A DNA stretch of 64,000 nucleotides from Parcubacteria group bacterium Licking1014_17 (GCA_007376485.1 VMGJ01000006.1:779-64778), one strand, 5' to 3'; positions 49,245-57,657 are shown, counted from the first letter of the stretch. A program made the numbers and translations. The notes: a model not told the origin generated them from the sequence alone.

Positions 49245-49338
49245 CCCCCAACTGAAACTCCATAGGCCGTCAGAATGTGGCATATACATACATTTTAACC
49301 CCCAAATGTCGCTAAGCCGTTGAACCATTACGTTACTC

Positions 49339-49367
49339 TTGACAAATACTTTAGCTTGACCTATAAA
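49339..49367 (+). promoter_or_regulatory. Sigma70 consensus promoter cassette, copy 2
   Basis: cttgacaaatactttagcttgacctataaaggagatagttgtt. Confidence 0.6.
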
Positions 49368-49410
49368 GGAGATAGTTGTTTTAAATCTGCGGAAAGGGGG
49401 TGAGGTAATA

Positions 49411-49548
49411 ATGCCCGAAGACCCGGGAACTCTTTCGCTTTTCATTGGTCCCGAGGACGACCAGGTGCCGTCCAAAATGAGTTGTGATTTTGATGTTGAC
49501 TGTTATGACTGCGACTATAACTGCGAGGAGTGCAACAACAGCGATTAA
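49411..49548 (+). CDS. Candidate RiPP precursor peptide B (45 aa; core SCDFDVDCYDCDYNCEECNNSD)
   Basis: Missing from the track because it is under 60 aa. Strong SD AAAGGGGGTGAGG 8 nt before the ATG. 5 Cys and 8 Asp/Glu in the last 21 residues. Followed by a hairpin (49569..49601). Confidence 0.55.
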   Translation: MPEDPGTLSLFIGPEDDQVPSKMSCDFDVDCYDCDYNCEECNNSD

Positions 49549-49600
49549 TAGCTCGTCAGTCGCCCGCTCAAGGCGACTCCGCAAGGAGCCGCCTTGAATT

Positions 49601-50479
49601 TTACCGAATTATTATAGATTTTCTATATTTTGAAAGTAGTTCTGTGTTACTAAAAATCTTGTTTCCGTGTTTTTTCCAAAGCGACATTTTTTCGGAAAGC
49701 TGCCCGTCTATTTTGAAGGCAGAACCTACAAGTTCTTCAATAAAATTTAAAAATGGCAATTTTTGTTCCAGCAAGTTCGCCAGTTGCTTCTCCACGTAGT
49801 CCTTGAAAAGCACAGGGCTATTGCCATTAGTTTTTATAAACAACTCTCTTATTTCCGGGTTACCCACTTCTCTAACGCTGAGGATTTCAGAAAGCCCTTG
49901 TTGATTAACAATAGCGGTAGCTACTAATTCTTTAAGTAAATAAACAGCATCTTCACTGATTATAATTCCTGTCCGTTTTTTAATTTCATCCAGATACCCC
50001 CAAAAAATTATGTGACTGATTTCGTGTATCGCCACATTAAGCAACCTTTTTTCAATGGTCTTCGCTGACTTTAATTCGCCGAGAATAGAATAAAAAAATA
50101 TTTTACCCCTGAACGGCGAAAACGGCAAAATGGTAAAAATTGCCTCATATTTGGCATCTTCCGGCCACTTATAATCCATAATTTTTGATAGTGCCGCAAA
50201 TGCATTGATGCCCCTTTCTTCGAGATGCCGCAAATTTGATTTCCTGATTTTTTCAATCGTATCGGCGTTATCTTTATAAAAATCGGACACATATCCGCTG
50301 ATTCTTTGCCGGAAATCAGTACCATTAGATAACTCGGCCAGCTTGGGATGGGCTTTAAAAATTGAAAACTTTGCCTGGACAAAGTAGGGGTGATTAACAA
50401 AACTCCAAAACAAGTTTGCATCTTCCCGCGGGTCTATTTTTATTGTTATTTTTGGGAGCTTAATTTGCTTTGTTACCAT
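49601..50479 (-). CDS. HExxH putative zinc metallopeptidase (paralog 3)
   Basis: 292 aa. ILPFSPFRGKIFFYSILGELKS...VAIHEISHI. Confidence 0.55.
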   Translation of the reverse strand: MVTKQIKLPKITIKIDPREDANLFWSFVNHPYFVQAKFSIFKAHPKLAELSNGTDFRQRISGYVSDFYKDNADTIEKIRKSNLRHLEERGINAFAALSKIMDYKWPEDAKYEAIFTILPFSPFRGKIFFYSILGELKSAKTIEKRLLNVAIHEISHIIFWGYLDEIKKRTGIIISEDAVYLLKELVATAIVNQQGLSEILSVREVGNPEIRELFIKTNGNSPVLFKDYVEKQLANLLEQKLPFLNFIEELVGSAFKIDGQLSEKMSLWKKHGNKIFSNTELLSKYRKSIIIR

Positions 50480-50548
50480 ACTTTGATTTTTTTTAGGATT
50501 TATTGTAGAATAACATAAGCTACTTTGAAAAGCAAAAGGAGAGAAACC

Positions 50549-51862
50549 ATGTATAGGAGACTGAAATCGCCATTAATTGTTCAGATTGAGTTGACCGAGG
50601 CATGTATTAATAAGTGCCAACATTGCTACAATCCCCGACGATTAGAAGGTAATCACAGGCAAAGTTTTCCGGAAGATAGAGCCAAACTCGCCGTGGACAT
50701 CTTGGCCAAGGAGGAAGTTTTCCATGTCGTTTTGACCGGAGGCGAGCCGTTGTTAAATCGCGGATGTCTTTTCCGGCTTGCCAAAGAAATTTCTGCGGCC
50801 GGGATGACTTTCGGACTTAACTCCACTCTCTTTGGGTTTTCTCAAAAAGACGCAATAAGTCTGAAAAAATTGGGCATTCTTAATATCCTAGCAACCCTAT
50901 TGGGATCAACCAAAGAAAAGCATGATGCTCTGACCATGAACTCTGAATCCTTTACAAAGACCATTGAAGGGTTGGGTATCGCCTTGGAGGCAGGCATACT
51001 AGTTGGTGTGAATATGGTTGTCACAAACTACAATATCGCAGACATAAGAGACACCGCCAAGCTGGTTAAGACATTGGGAATCCGGTCTTTCTATGCGACA
51101 AAAGCTGCTTGTCCAAGTGATCAAAGAGAATTCAAAGATGCGATACTGGGCAAGGATCATTTTAGAAATTATCTGGAAGAGCTAGACTTGATTGGCCGGG
51201 AGGAGGGGCTTAAATGCGGTTTTCTGGAAGCTTATCCGCTTTGCGGCATGAAGAACTTGGGGAAATACGCCTACTTTCTCGGCCGTCGCTGCCTAGCCGG
51301 TATAACAAGCATGACCATAGCCGCTGATGGCAATATCAGGCCGTGTTCGCACTCTGACATCACGTACGGCAATATTTTCGTTGATGGCGGCATAGGTAAG
51401 GCATGGAGCAAAATGAGTGAGTGGCCGGATGGTCAATTATTGCCTGCCGATTGCAAAAAATGTCCGTTGCTAAACCGCTGCGGAGGCGGTTGCAGGATGG
51501 ATGCTAAAATCGCCGGTGGGTCAATCGACGCCATGGATCCGTTCACTTCACTGCCGGATGTTGATTATGTATTCGAACAACTTAAATCCGCCATTAAAGA
51601 TGGAGAAAGGCCACCACTGAACTTGCCGGACAAGATTAAACTGTGTCGCAACGCGAGAATTCGTTCTGAACCATTTAGCGGTGCGGTTTTCCCCCGAGGA
51701 AAACTTGGTACACTTCTGAATTCGGAAGGTATGCGTGTGTTTATGCAATTAGGGAGGGAAGTGCGTGTAACCAAAGAGCTTGTGCAAAACGCTGATTCCA
51801 AAGAAAAAACCGAGGAGTTTCTAAAAAAGCTTCTGTCTAAATCTATCATTGAACCCGCATAG
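50549..51862 (+). CDS. Radical SAM enzyme with SPASM-type C-terminal Cys cluster (RiPP maturase candidate 2)
   Basis: Track ORF 50525..51862 starts on TTG. The likely ATG is at 50549, after AAAGGAGAG. CINKCQHC (Cx3Cx2C). C-terminal CSHSD...CKKCPLLNRCGGGCRMD. Confidence 0.8.
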   Translation: MYRRLKSPLIVQIELTEACINKCQHCYNPRRLEGNHRQSFPEDRAKLAVDILAKEEVFHVVLTGGEPLLNRGCLFRLAKEISAAGMTFGLNSTLFGFSQKDAISLKKLGILNILATLLGSTKEKHDALTMNSESFTKTIEGLGIALEAGILVGVNMVVTNYNIADIRDTAKLVKTLGIRSFYATKAACPSDQREFKDAILGKDHFRNYLEELDLIGREEGLKCGFLEAYPLCGMKNLGKYAYFLGRRCLAGITSMTIAADGNIRPCSHSDITYGNIFVDGGIGKAWSKMSEWPDGQLLPADCKKCPLLNRCGGGCRMDAKIAGGSIDAMDPFTSLPDVDYVFEQLKSAIKDGERPPLNLPDKIKLCRNARIRSEPFSGAVFPRGKLGTLLNSEGMRVFMQLGREVRVTKELVQNADSKEKTEEFLKKLLSKSIIEPA

Positions 51863-51881
51863 CTAAAAAGTTTGGAGCTAC

Positions 51882-51907
51882 AGCCACCAGAGAATGGTGG
51901 CTTTTTG
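51882..51907 (+). terminator. Intrinsic terminator agccacca-gagaa-tggtggct plus T-run
   Basis: Directly after radical SAM gene 2. Confidence 0.55.
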
Positions 51908-51909
51908 TT

Positions 51910-51973
51910 AGAGTGCCAAATGTGGTGGGGACGCATACAGGCTATTGACAAATACTTTGGCTTGACCTATAAA
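51910..51973 (+). promoter_or_regulatory. Conserved upstream box plus sigma70 consensus promoter cassette, copy 3
   Basis: Box agagtgccaaatgtggtggggacgcatacagg, 51910..51941. TTGACA 51945..51950. TATAAA 51968..51973. Confidence 0.6.
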
Positions 51974-52058
51974 GGAGATAGTTGTTCTTTAGGTGCTTTT
52001 TTGGCTCTTTAACTCAAAGGTTTCATTTTCCGGCTATGCCGGCGAAAGGAGGAAGGAA

Positions 52059-52946
52059 ATGAAGTTTTTACCGATTTTTGGGACAAAGGCGGCTTTCGTC
52101 GCCCTCATGGTGGTGCTTTGTCTTTTTACCATCACTGGCTGCGACAGAAACAGCCCCACCAAGCCCGAGCCGTCACCGACCCCAACCCCAGAACCGCAAT
52201 TTACCCCCACCCCTACCCCCGTATTTACTCCGACTCCAAGACCGACTTCAACTCCAACCGCTACTCCGACCCCGACTCCAACACCCACGCCAACTCTCGT
52301 GAATGACGCAGAATGTGTTAGGGTAAAAGCTAATTCCCCTGTTGAGGTGGGGGCGGTTTTTACCGCCACGGTGAAGATGAGAAACACGGGGACGAAGCCC
52401 TGGTCCGATCCGGATGCGGATGGTAATGACCAAGTCCACAAATTAGTAGGATTAAACCCCCTTACCTGGGGGACAAACGAAGTTAGTCTTCCATCCTCAC
52501 CAATAAACCCCGGGCAGACTGTAGTTTTTCACGTTACTGCCACAGCCCCAACTACAGCAGGGACATACGGCTTCAGCTGGCAAATGATCGAGGGCCAGGA
52601 ATGGTTTGGCGAGCTATGTTCGAAGGACATAATCGTCAATAATCCTGTCCTGATGTCAATTATTGTGACGTACCCTGTGTCTGGGTCTGTGTGGCACCAT
52701 GACGACGAAGTTGTAGTCATGTGGAATAGCACAGGCTATCCTGCCGATTTTGTTTACAGAATTTACGCGAAGTCGGGCAATTGGGAAAAAGACCTGGGCA
52801 TGAGTCAATACGGGCTACTGCTCTTCTACGTTCCGGCCGACTGGCCGCCTGGGGATTGCACGGTGTTTGTGACTGACCCCGCTTTCCCGCCCAAGACAAA
52901 TAACGGCGTGAGCGGGGACGAGAGCGAGGTTTTCCAGGTAGAGTGA
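52059..52946 (+). CDS. Secreted protein / lipoprotein candidate with long Pro/Thr linker
   Basis: ATG at 52059 after AAGGAGGAAGG. Signal peptide ending ITGC. (TP)n linker. Driven by cassette copy 3. Confidence 0.55.
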   Translation: MKFLPIFGTKAAFVALMVVLCLFTITGCDRNSPTKPEPSPTPTPEPQFTPTPTPVFTPTPRPTSTPTATPTPTPTPTPTLVNDAECVRVKANSPVEVGAVFTATVKMRNTGTKPWSDPDADGNDQVHKLVGLNPLTWGTNEVSLPSSPINPGQTVVFHVTATAPTTAGTYGFSWQMIEGQEWFGELCSKDIIVNNPVLMSIIVTYPVSGSVWHHDDEVVVMWNSTGYPADFVYRIYAKSGNWEKDLGMSQYGLLLFYVPADWPPGDCTVFVTDPAFPPKTNNGVSGDESEVFQVE

Positions 52947-53032
52947 ATGTTTTTTTCAGGGTGGAGTTTTCGTACTCCACCTTTTTTTATATGTGGACAA
53001 ATTGAAATATTTTTTCGTGTTATAGTCGACAT

Positions 53033-54634
53033 ATGGGGAAAATATCTTTTCGCGCAAAAATCACGATGTCGCTAGTTCCCGTAGTCCTATCCGTGATGTT
53101 GTTTTCTATTTTTAATTTTTTCTCAAATAATTCAAACGCGGATGTTGGTTGCGTCACCCTCGCTCATCCTGTCGCGACTAAAATCAGTACACCAGCGCCC
53201 CCAACTGATTGGTTTATTGGGACAGCCGACAATGACACCGGCTCGCCTTGGGATTTAAATCATATTAAAACCCATATACAATGGTGGCCGAATTCCATAC
53301 CGGTAAAAGAGGTAGTGGTGGGGTCGCACATGGACGATGGCAGTGACCGCGCTGGCTGGTTTATTATGGACTGGGGCTGCTTTAAAGATTTACCCGGGAA
53401 TGATGTTGCTGAAAAAGAAAGGGGTGTTAATGAAGGAGGAGAATTCTGGGTAGGAACAAGCACCGCGAATTTAAACGTCTCCCCCACAAACCTATCAGGT
53501 AACCCCAAGGCTACGGGCTGGAAGTATGTAAGCAGCATATCAGAATCCGGTTGTAGCAATTGTCTCAATAGTTTCGATATAGGATTAAATAACGGCGCTG
53601 AATACAAATATGTCTATTTTTGGAGCAATGGCAGTCCGTCAGGATGTGTTGGGGGTATTTGTGAGGGCGTATCCGGTTCTAATGTTGAATACATCAATAT
53701 AGTAAATCCGCAGACTGAGACCGCGACTCCCACGCCCACGCCAACCCCTTCTGTTGATATTAAAGCCAACGGTTCGGACAATCCGCCGCAAGTAACATAC
53801 GGCGGGCAAGCGACGTTGACTTGGACTTCCAAGAACGCCACATCCTGCCAAGTTCCTCCGAATTCTCCGGAGGTGGATTGGTCGGGGGATAAGCCACTGA
53901 AGAACACCACCGGCGAGGTGAAGGCCAATCTTACCAATCCGACTTATACATATAAGATTAAATGTTCGGATTCTAAAGGCAATTCGGCCAGCGACTCGGT
54001 TACGGTCAAAATAGCCCTGCCGCCCCTCCTGGTGGATTTGAAAGCCGCGCAAAATGAAAGTTCGTTTGCCGACCCCGTGTCCGGAAGCGTGCCGTTTTTG
54101 GGGATTGATTTGAAAGCTACTGTCAGCAATGTTGCGAGCGGCTCTTTGAGTTATTATTTTTACTGCCAAAACACATTGGGCACCAGCGCGGCGATAAGTT
54201 CAAGCTATAACCCTTATCAAATAAATAATCTTTGCGATTACTGGGACCAAAATGGCGGGACTTATACCGCTAAAGTTCTGGTGAAGCAGGGGAGCAGGAC
54301 CGCCACCGACACGGCGACAATCACCTCGGTAAAAAATAACCTGCCGCAGGTTCTGAATGTGAAAGCTGAATCCGCCAACGGCTGTTTCTTGAGCGGCGGA
54401 CCGACCGAAATTATCAGCTGGACTTACAAAGACATTGATAACGACCCGCAGTCGGGATTCAAGGTGGTCGTCCATAAAGGGACTGCCACCGGTCCCGTAA
54501 TTCAGGATTCCTGTTCAAAAGGCACCTGCGCTCCGGGAAACACTTCCGCTTCCTATACCGTTACCGATTTGGAATGGGGGCAGAATTATTCGGTTGAGGT
54601 TTTCGTCTGGGATAAAAAGATGAATCCCGAATGA
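53033..54634 (+). CDS. Secreted protein with Pro/Thr linker and beta-rich C-terminal domains
   Basis: 533 aa. N-terminal hydrophobic signal. [10 protein letters not shown] linker. Confidence 0.55.
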   Translation: MGKISFRAKITMSLVPVVLSVMLFSIFNFFSNNSNADVGCVTLAHPVATKISTPAPPTDWFIGTADNDTGSPWDLNHIKTHIQWWPNSIPVKEVVVGSHMDDGSDRAGWFIMDWGCFKDLPGNDVAEKERGVNEGGEFWVGTSTANLNVSPTNLSGNPKATGWKYVSSISESGCSNCLNSFDIGLNNGAEYKYVYFWSNGSPSGCVGGICEGVSGSNVEYINIVNPQTETATPTPTPTPSVDIKANGSDNPPQVTYGGQATLTWTSKNATSCQVPPNSPEVDWSGDKPLKNTTGEVKANLTNPTYTYKIKCSDSKGNSASDSVTVKIALPPLLVDLKAAQNESSFADPVSGSVPFLGIDLKATVSNVASGSLSYYFYCQNTLGTSAAISSSYNPYQINNLCDYWDQNGGTYTAKVLVKQGSRTATDTATITSVKNNLPQVLNVKAESANGCFLSGGPTEIISWTYKDIDNDPQSGFKVVVHKGTATGPVIQDSCSKGTCAPGNTSASYTVTDLEWGQNYSVEVFVWDKKMNPE

Positions 54635-54646
54635 GACAGCAATAGT

Positions 54647-54904
54647 ATGTTTTACACGTATGTGCTAAAAAATAAGAATAATCGTTTGTACACTGGATTC
54701 ACTTATGATCTACGGAAACGCTTCAAGGAGCACAATGACAAAAAGTCAGAATATACAAAGCATCGTGGCCCCTATGAATTGATATACTATGAGGCGTGTC
54801 TTAATGAAAATGATGCTCGCCAAAGAGAAAAATATCTTAAATCTGGGACGGGTAAACGTTATCTCAAAGATAGATTGAAGCGTTTCCTGTCTCATACGGG
54901 ATGA
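54647..54904 (+). CDS. GIY-YIG nuclease-domain small protein
   Basis: 85 aa. FYTYVL...LYTGFTYDLRKRFKEHN matches the GIY-YIG motif. Confidence 0.7.
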   Translation: MFYTYVLKNKNNRLYTGFTYDLRKRFKEHNDKKSEYTKHRGPYELIYYEACLNENDARQREKYLKSGTGKRYLKDRLKRFLSHTG

Positions 54905-54924
54905 ACCCCTAAAGGCGCAAAGAA

Positions 54925-55851
54925 ATGAGCAAGAATAAATTTTTAAATAAAAAAACTATACTGCCGGTGATTTTGACGGTGTTGGTGATGAGTGCTGTTG
55001 TTTTTTTGGGAACCAGAGAAGGCAATATAGCGATTGGCGCCACGCCTACACCGACGAAAACCAAGACGCCAACACCTACTCCGCATCCAACTTCTACCCC
55101 GATTCCAACAAAGACTCCAACAAAAACACCTACTCCAACGCCGACTAAAACTTTGACCCCGACGCCTACGCCAACAGCGTCATTGCCGCCTCCTCCGAGT
55201 CAGCCGACAATCACCGCGGCGGGGGATTGCTATTCGGGGCCCTTCACTGCCCAGATTTCATGGACGGGCGCGCCCGGTTCCGGTTTTTACGTGGACGTAG
55301 ATGTCAATGAGTCCACTTTTTATGATTATTCTTTCTACAATAAATCCGCCGGCACGAGCACTCAAACCGATTCGGCGAATTTTCTCGGCGGCTGGCCAAG
55401 CCAAGACCAAACTTTGGTGATGATGCCCGGCGTTACTTATTACGCCAGAGTTTATAACGGCCAACACAGCCCGACGAGCGACCCCTTCATAAAACCGTAT
55501 TGCCCGAGCGTGCCGGGAACAACGAGCTGGATTTCGCCGCCTTATCCCTGCCCTCAACCAAATTTTGAATACAATCCGGTAAAGCCGTCATCGCAGAAAC
55601 CGGTGGACTTTACCGACAAGACCGTCTTTGGCGACGGCGGCACGCATCTTTTCAGCTGGGATTTCGGCGATAACAACACCAGTTCCGACCAGAATCCGAC
55701 GCATACTTACACCGCCAGCGCCAGCTACAACGTGACTTTGACCGCGACGGACAATTCTTTGACCCCACCCTGCACCTGCTCCGTCACCAAACCTCTAAAC
55801 ATCGGCAAGAAAAAATCTCCTCCGATTTTCAAAGAAGTGAGGCCAATGTGA
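54925..55851 (+). CDS. Secreted protein with Pro/Thr linker and C-terminal PKD-like domain
   Basis: 308 aa. FSWDFGDNNTSSDQNPTHTYTASASYNVTLTATDN is a PKD signature. The last 33 nt are duplicated at 56023..56055. Confidence 0.6.
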   Translation: MSKNKFLNKKTILPVILTVLVMSAVVFLGTREGNIAIGATPTPTKTKTPTPTPHPTSTPIPTKTPTKTPTPTPTKTLTPTPTPTASLPPPPSQPTITAAGDCYSGPFTAQISWTGAPGSGFYVDVDVNESTFYDYSFYNKSAGTSTQTDSANFLGGWPSQDQTLVMMPGVTYYARVYNGQHSPTSDPFIKPYCPSVPGTTSWISPPYPCPQPNFEYNPVKPSSQKPVDFTDKTVFGDGGTHLFSWDFGDNNTSSDQNPTHTYTASASYNVTLTATDNSLTPPCTCSVTKPLNIGKKKSPPIFKEVRPM

Positions 55852-56022
55852 GGAACTCACGCCGTTTTAAGCGGGCGAGCCCCCTCGCTACGCGCAAACC
55901 CCCAGCGAGGGTTCGCGCTGCCTTGTGACCTCGCTCGTCCCCCCGCAGAACCTGCAGGGGGACACCATGCCCGCTCGGTCACAAAGGCCGCTTGAGGGCC
56001 TGCCCGCTTTACCATGATGAGC
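55852..56022. repeat. GC-rich 171-bp insert flanked by 33-bp direct repeats (55819..55851 and 56023..56055)
   Basis: Repeats cctccgattttcaaagaagtSaggccaatgtRa, 31/33 identical. The insert is far more GC-rich than its surroundings and contains compound hairpins. Confidence 0.6.
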
Positions 56023-56041
56023 CCTCCGATTTTCAAAGAAG

Positions 56042-56560
56042 TCAGGCCAATGTAATGTAGTCAAGAAAATACTTTAGTACCGGCAGTTGCAAGGGGAAAA
56101 ATATCTCCGGTTTTGTTTGTAGCATCTCTTTTAATTCTGAAATGGTTACCCATTTCGGGTCTTTGACCTCGGCAGGATCAGTTTTAACGTCTCCTTTAGT
56201 TTCACATAGAAAAACAAATCCAATCCAAGGCAAACCGTTTTCAGATTTGAGTATTTGCTGGCAAATGAAAGGTTTAAAAGCGAAGAACTTATCCCGATTT
56301 TCATGCTCTAAAACCCGGGTTTGATAATCGTCAATGATTTTTGTAATTTCAAGACCGCACTCTTCCTTAACTTCTCGCCTTAATGCGTCATAAACATTTT
56401 CATAAGGTTTTATAACTCCTGCCGGTATTTCAATCATACCCGAATAGGCAGGACTTACTTCTGGCTTCCAGCGTGTTTGGATAAATACCTCCTTTTCTTT
56501 TTTATCTGCGTTATTTCGTATTAATATTGCCGAAACTACCGCCTTTATTTCTGTTTCCAT
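56042..56560 (-). CDS. NUDIX hydrolase
   Basis: 172 aa. Nudix box G...REVKEECGLEI. Confidence 0.75.
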   Translation of the reverse strand: METEIKAVVSAILIRNNADKKEKEVFIQTRWKPEVSPAYSGMIEIPAGVIKPYENVYDALRREVKEECGLEITKIIDDYQTRVLEHENRDKFFAFKPFICQQILKSENGLPWIGFVFLCETKGDVKTDPAEVKDPKWVTISELKEMLQTKPEIFFPLQLPVLKYFLDYITLA

Positions 56561-56575
56561 ATTTGATTGTTTGTT

Positions 56576-57238
56576 TTAATATTTTTGAGCCATAAAATTT
56601 ATAAACTGTGTTTCAATTTTATCCCAAATTTCACTTGTTCTGCCCATTTTAACCAGTATTAGGTCATGTTTTACTATAAGTTCTTTGATTAATTGCTCGC
56701 TCCAGAGTCTACGAATATGCCCGCCGCCATTTTCATAAAGGTGCGGGCAGATTTCCTTACTGGACTTTATTTTGGAGTTTGTGCCTGTTTTGCCCTCAAT
56801 CATAATATAACCTTTGTTTTTCAATAGTATCTTGCAGCGGCTGAAAAAATCATCCAATTCCTTATCTGTTAGGTGAAGTGATGAACGTGAATATACGGCG
56901 TCGATGCTTTCTGGCACATTAAGCGGCAGCGAACGTGCATCCGCAACAATCGGAGATACTTTTTCGATGGTGTTGTCGCGTTTTGATGCTTCTCTACATT
57001 GTCTAAGGGCATTGAACGAAAAATCAAGAGCCAAGACCTTACAATTTTTCTCGCGGGCGAAATATCACGCGTCTCTTCCATTAGCCGCGCCTATCTCAAC
57101 AATCGTTCCGTCTCTATGCAATAGCTTGATGCATTGCAAAGCAAACAAGTTGGGAGTGCCTTCAATCTCTCTGGATTCTTCCTCGCGCCGCTTATGTTGG
57201 TCCTCCCATAACTCTTTCTGTCCCTTAATTTTATCCAT
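56576..57238 (-). pseudogene. Class I SAM-dependent methyltransferase interrupted by a single in-frame TGA (57065..57067)
   Basis: ATG at 57238, then ...TIVEIGAANGRDA-TGA-YFAREKNCKVLALDFS... continues in the same frame to the stop at 56576. Motif I and the motif II acidic residue are intact. Confidence 0.6.
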
Positions 57239-57327
57239 TATTTTGTAATTATAACATATCTTGAAATTATTTCAGGATTATTGTACCATTCCATATAGTT
57301 TTGTTCTTTGTTGCGGAGGGAAATATT

Positions 57328-57657
57328 ATGTGTAGAAAGGAAATGACGCCAGAGAAATTTTATGAAGAGCTGGCCGCGGGTTGCAGTGATTTCACGGATG
57401 TAATTATCATAGGTAATATATTGCTTTCGGACCGTAATATTAAAAAAAGTATTATTATGGTTCGGTCGAGAGTAACGGGCAGGTTGGGGTTCCAATCGCT
57501 AGTTATTACCGGAGATTTGAACTTGAGCGGATCTCGGATTGCAGGCGATCTCCTCCTCGATAATTGCAGAGTATCGGGGAAGTTTAGTGTTAAAGGAGCC
57601 AGAGTAAAAGGCAGAAGACATATTGCTGACGTTCAATGCAAAGAGTATGAAGATTAA
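57328..57657 (+). CDS. Hypothetical small protein
   Basis: Internal ATG of track ORF 57301..57657, preceded by GGAGGG. Confidence 0.35.
   Translation: MCRKEMTPEKFYEELAAGCSDFTDVIIIGNILLSDRNIKKSIIMVRSRVTGRLGFQSLVITGDLNLSGSRIAGDLLLDNCRVSGKFSVKGARVKGRRHIADVQCKEYED

Noticed and set aside
48626-51973. Three near-identical 45-nt sequences considered as a CRISPR-like array
   Set aside because: Spacing is irregular (0.7 and 2.6 kb) and each copy has a perfect -35/-10 geometry before a gene. They are promoters, not CRISPR repeats.
52150-52310. Low-complexity repeats (acncc/ccnac periodicity), also at 53700..53760 and 55040..55200, that look like tandem or CRISPR-like repeats
   Set aside because: They are in-frame (Thr-Pro)n linker-coding segments of secreted proteins, with no spacer-repeat architecture.
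55852-56022. The GC-rich inserts at 55852..56022 and 60797..60924 considered as a known structured RNA (RNase P, SRP, 6S)
   Set aside because: No conserved motifs of those RNAs were recognised (no P4 GGAAAGUCCGG, no SRP GGAAGCAGCC). They are left as unclassified inserts.
57065-57067. In-frame TGA as evidence of an alternative genetic code (code 4/25) or selenocysteine
   Set aside because: TGA terminates many well-defined genes here (recG, the prfB frameshift site and others), RF2 is present, and no second in-frame TGA was seen in conserved genes. No SECIS-like context was found.
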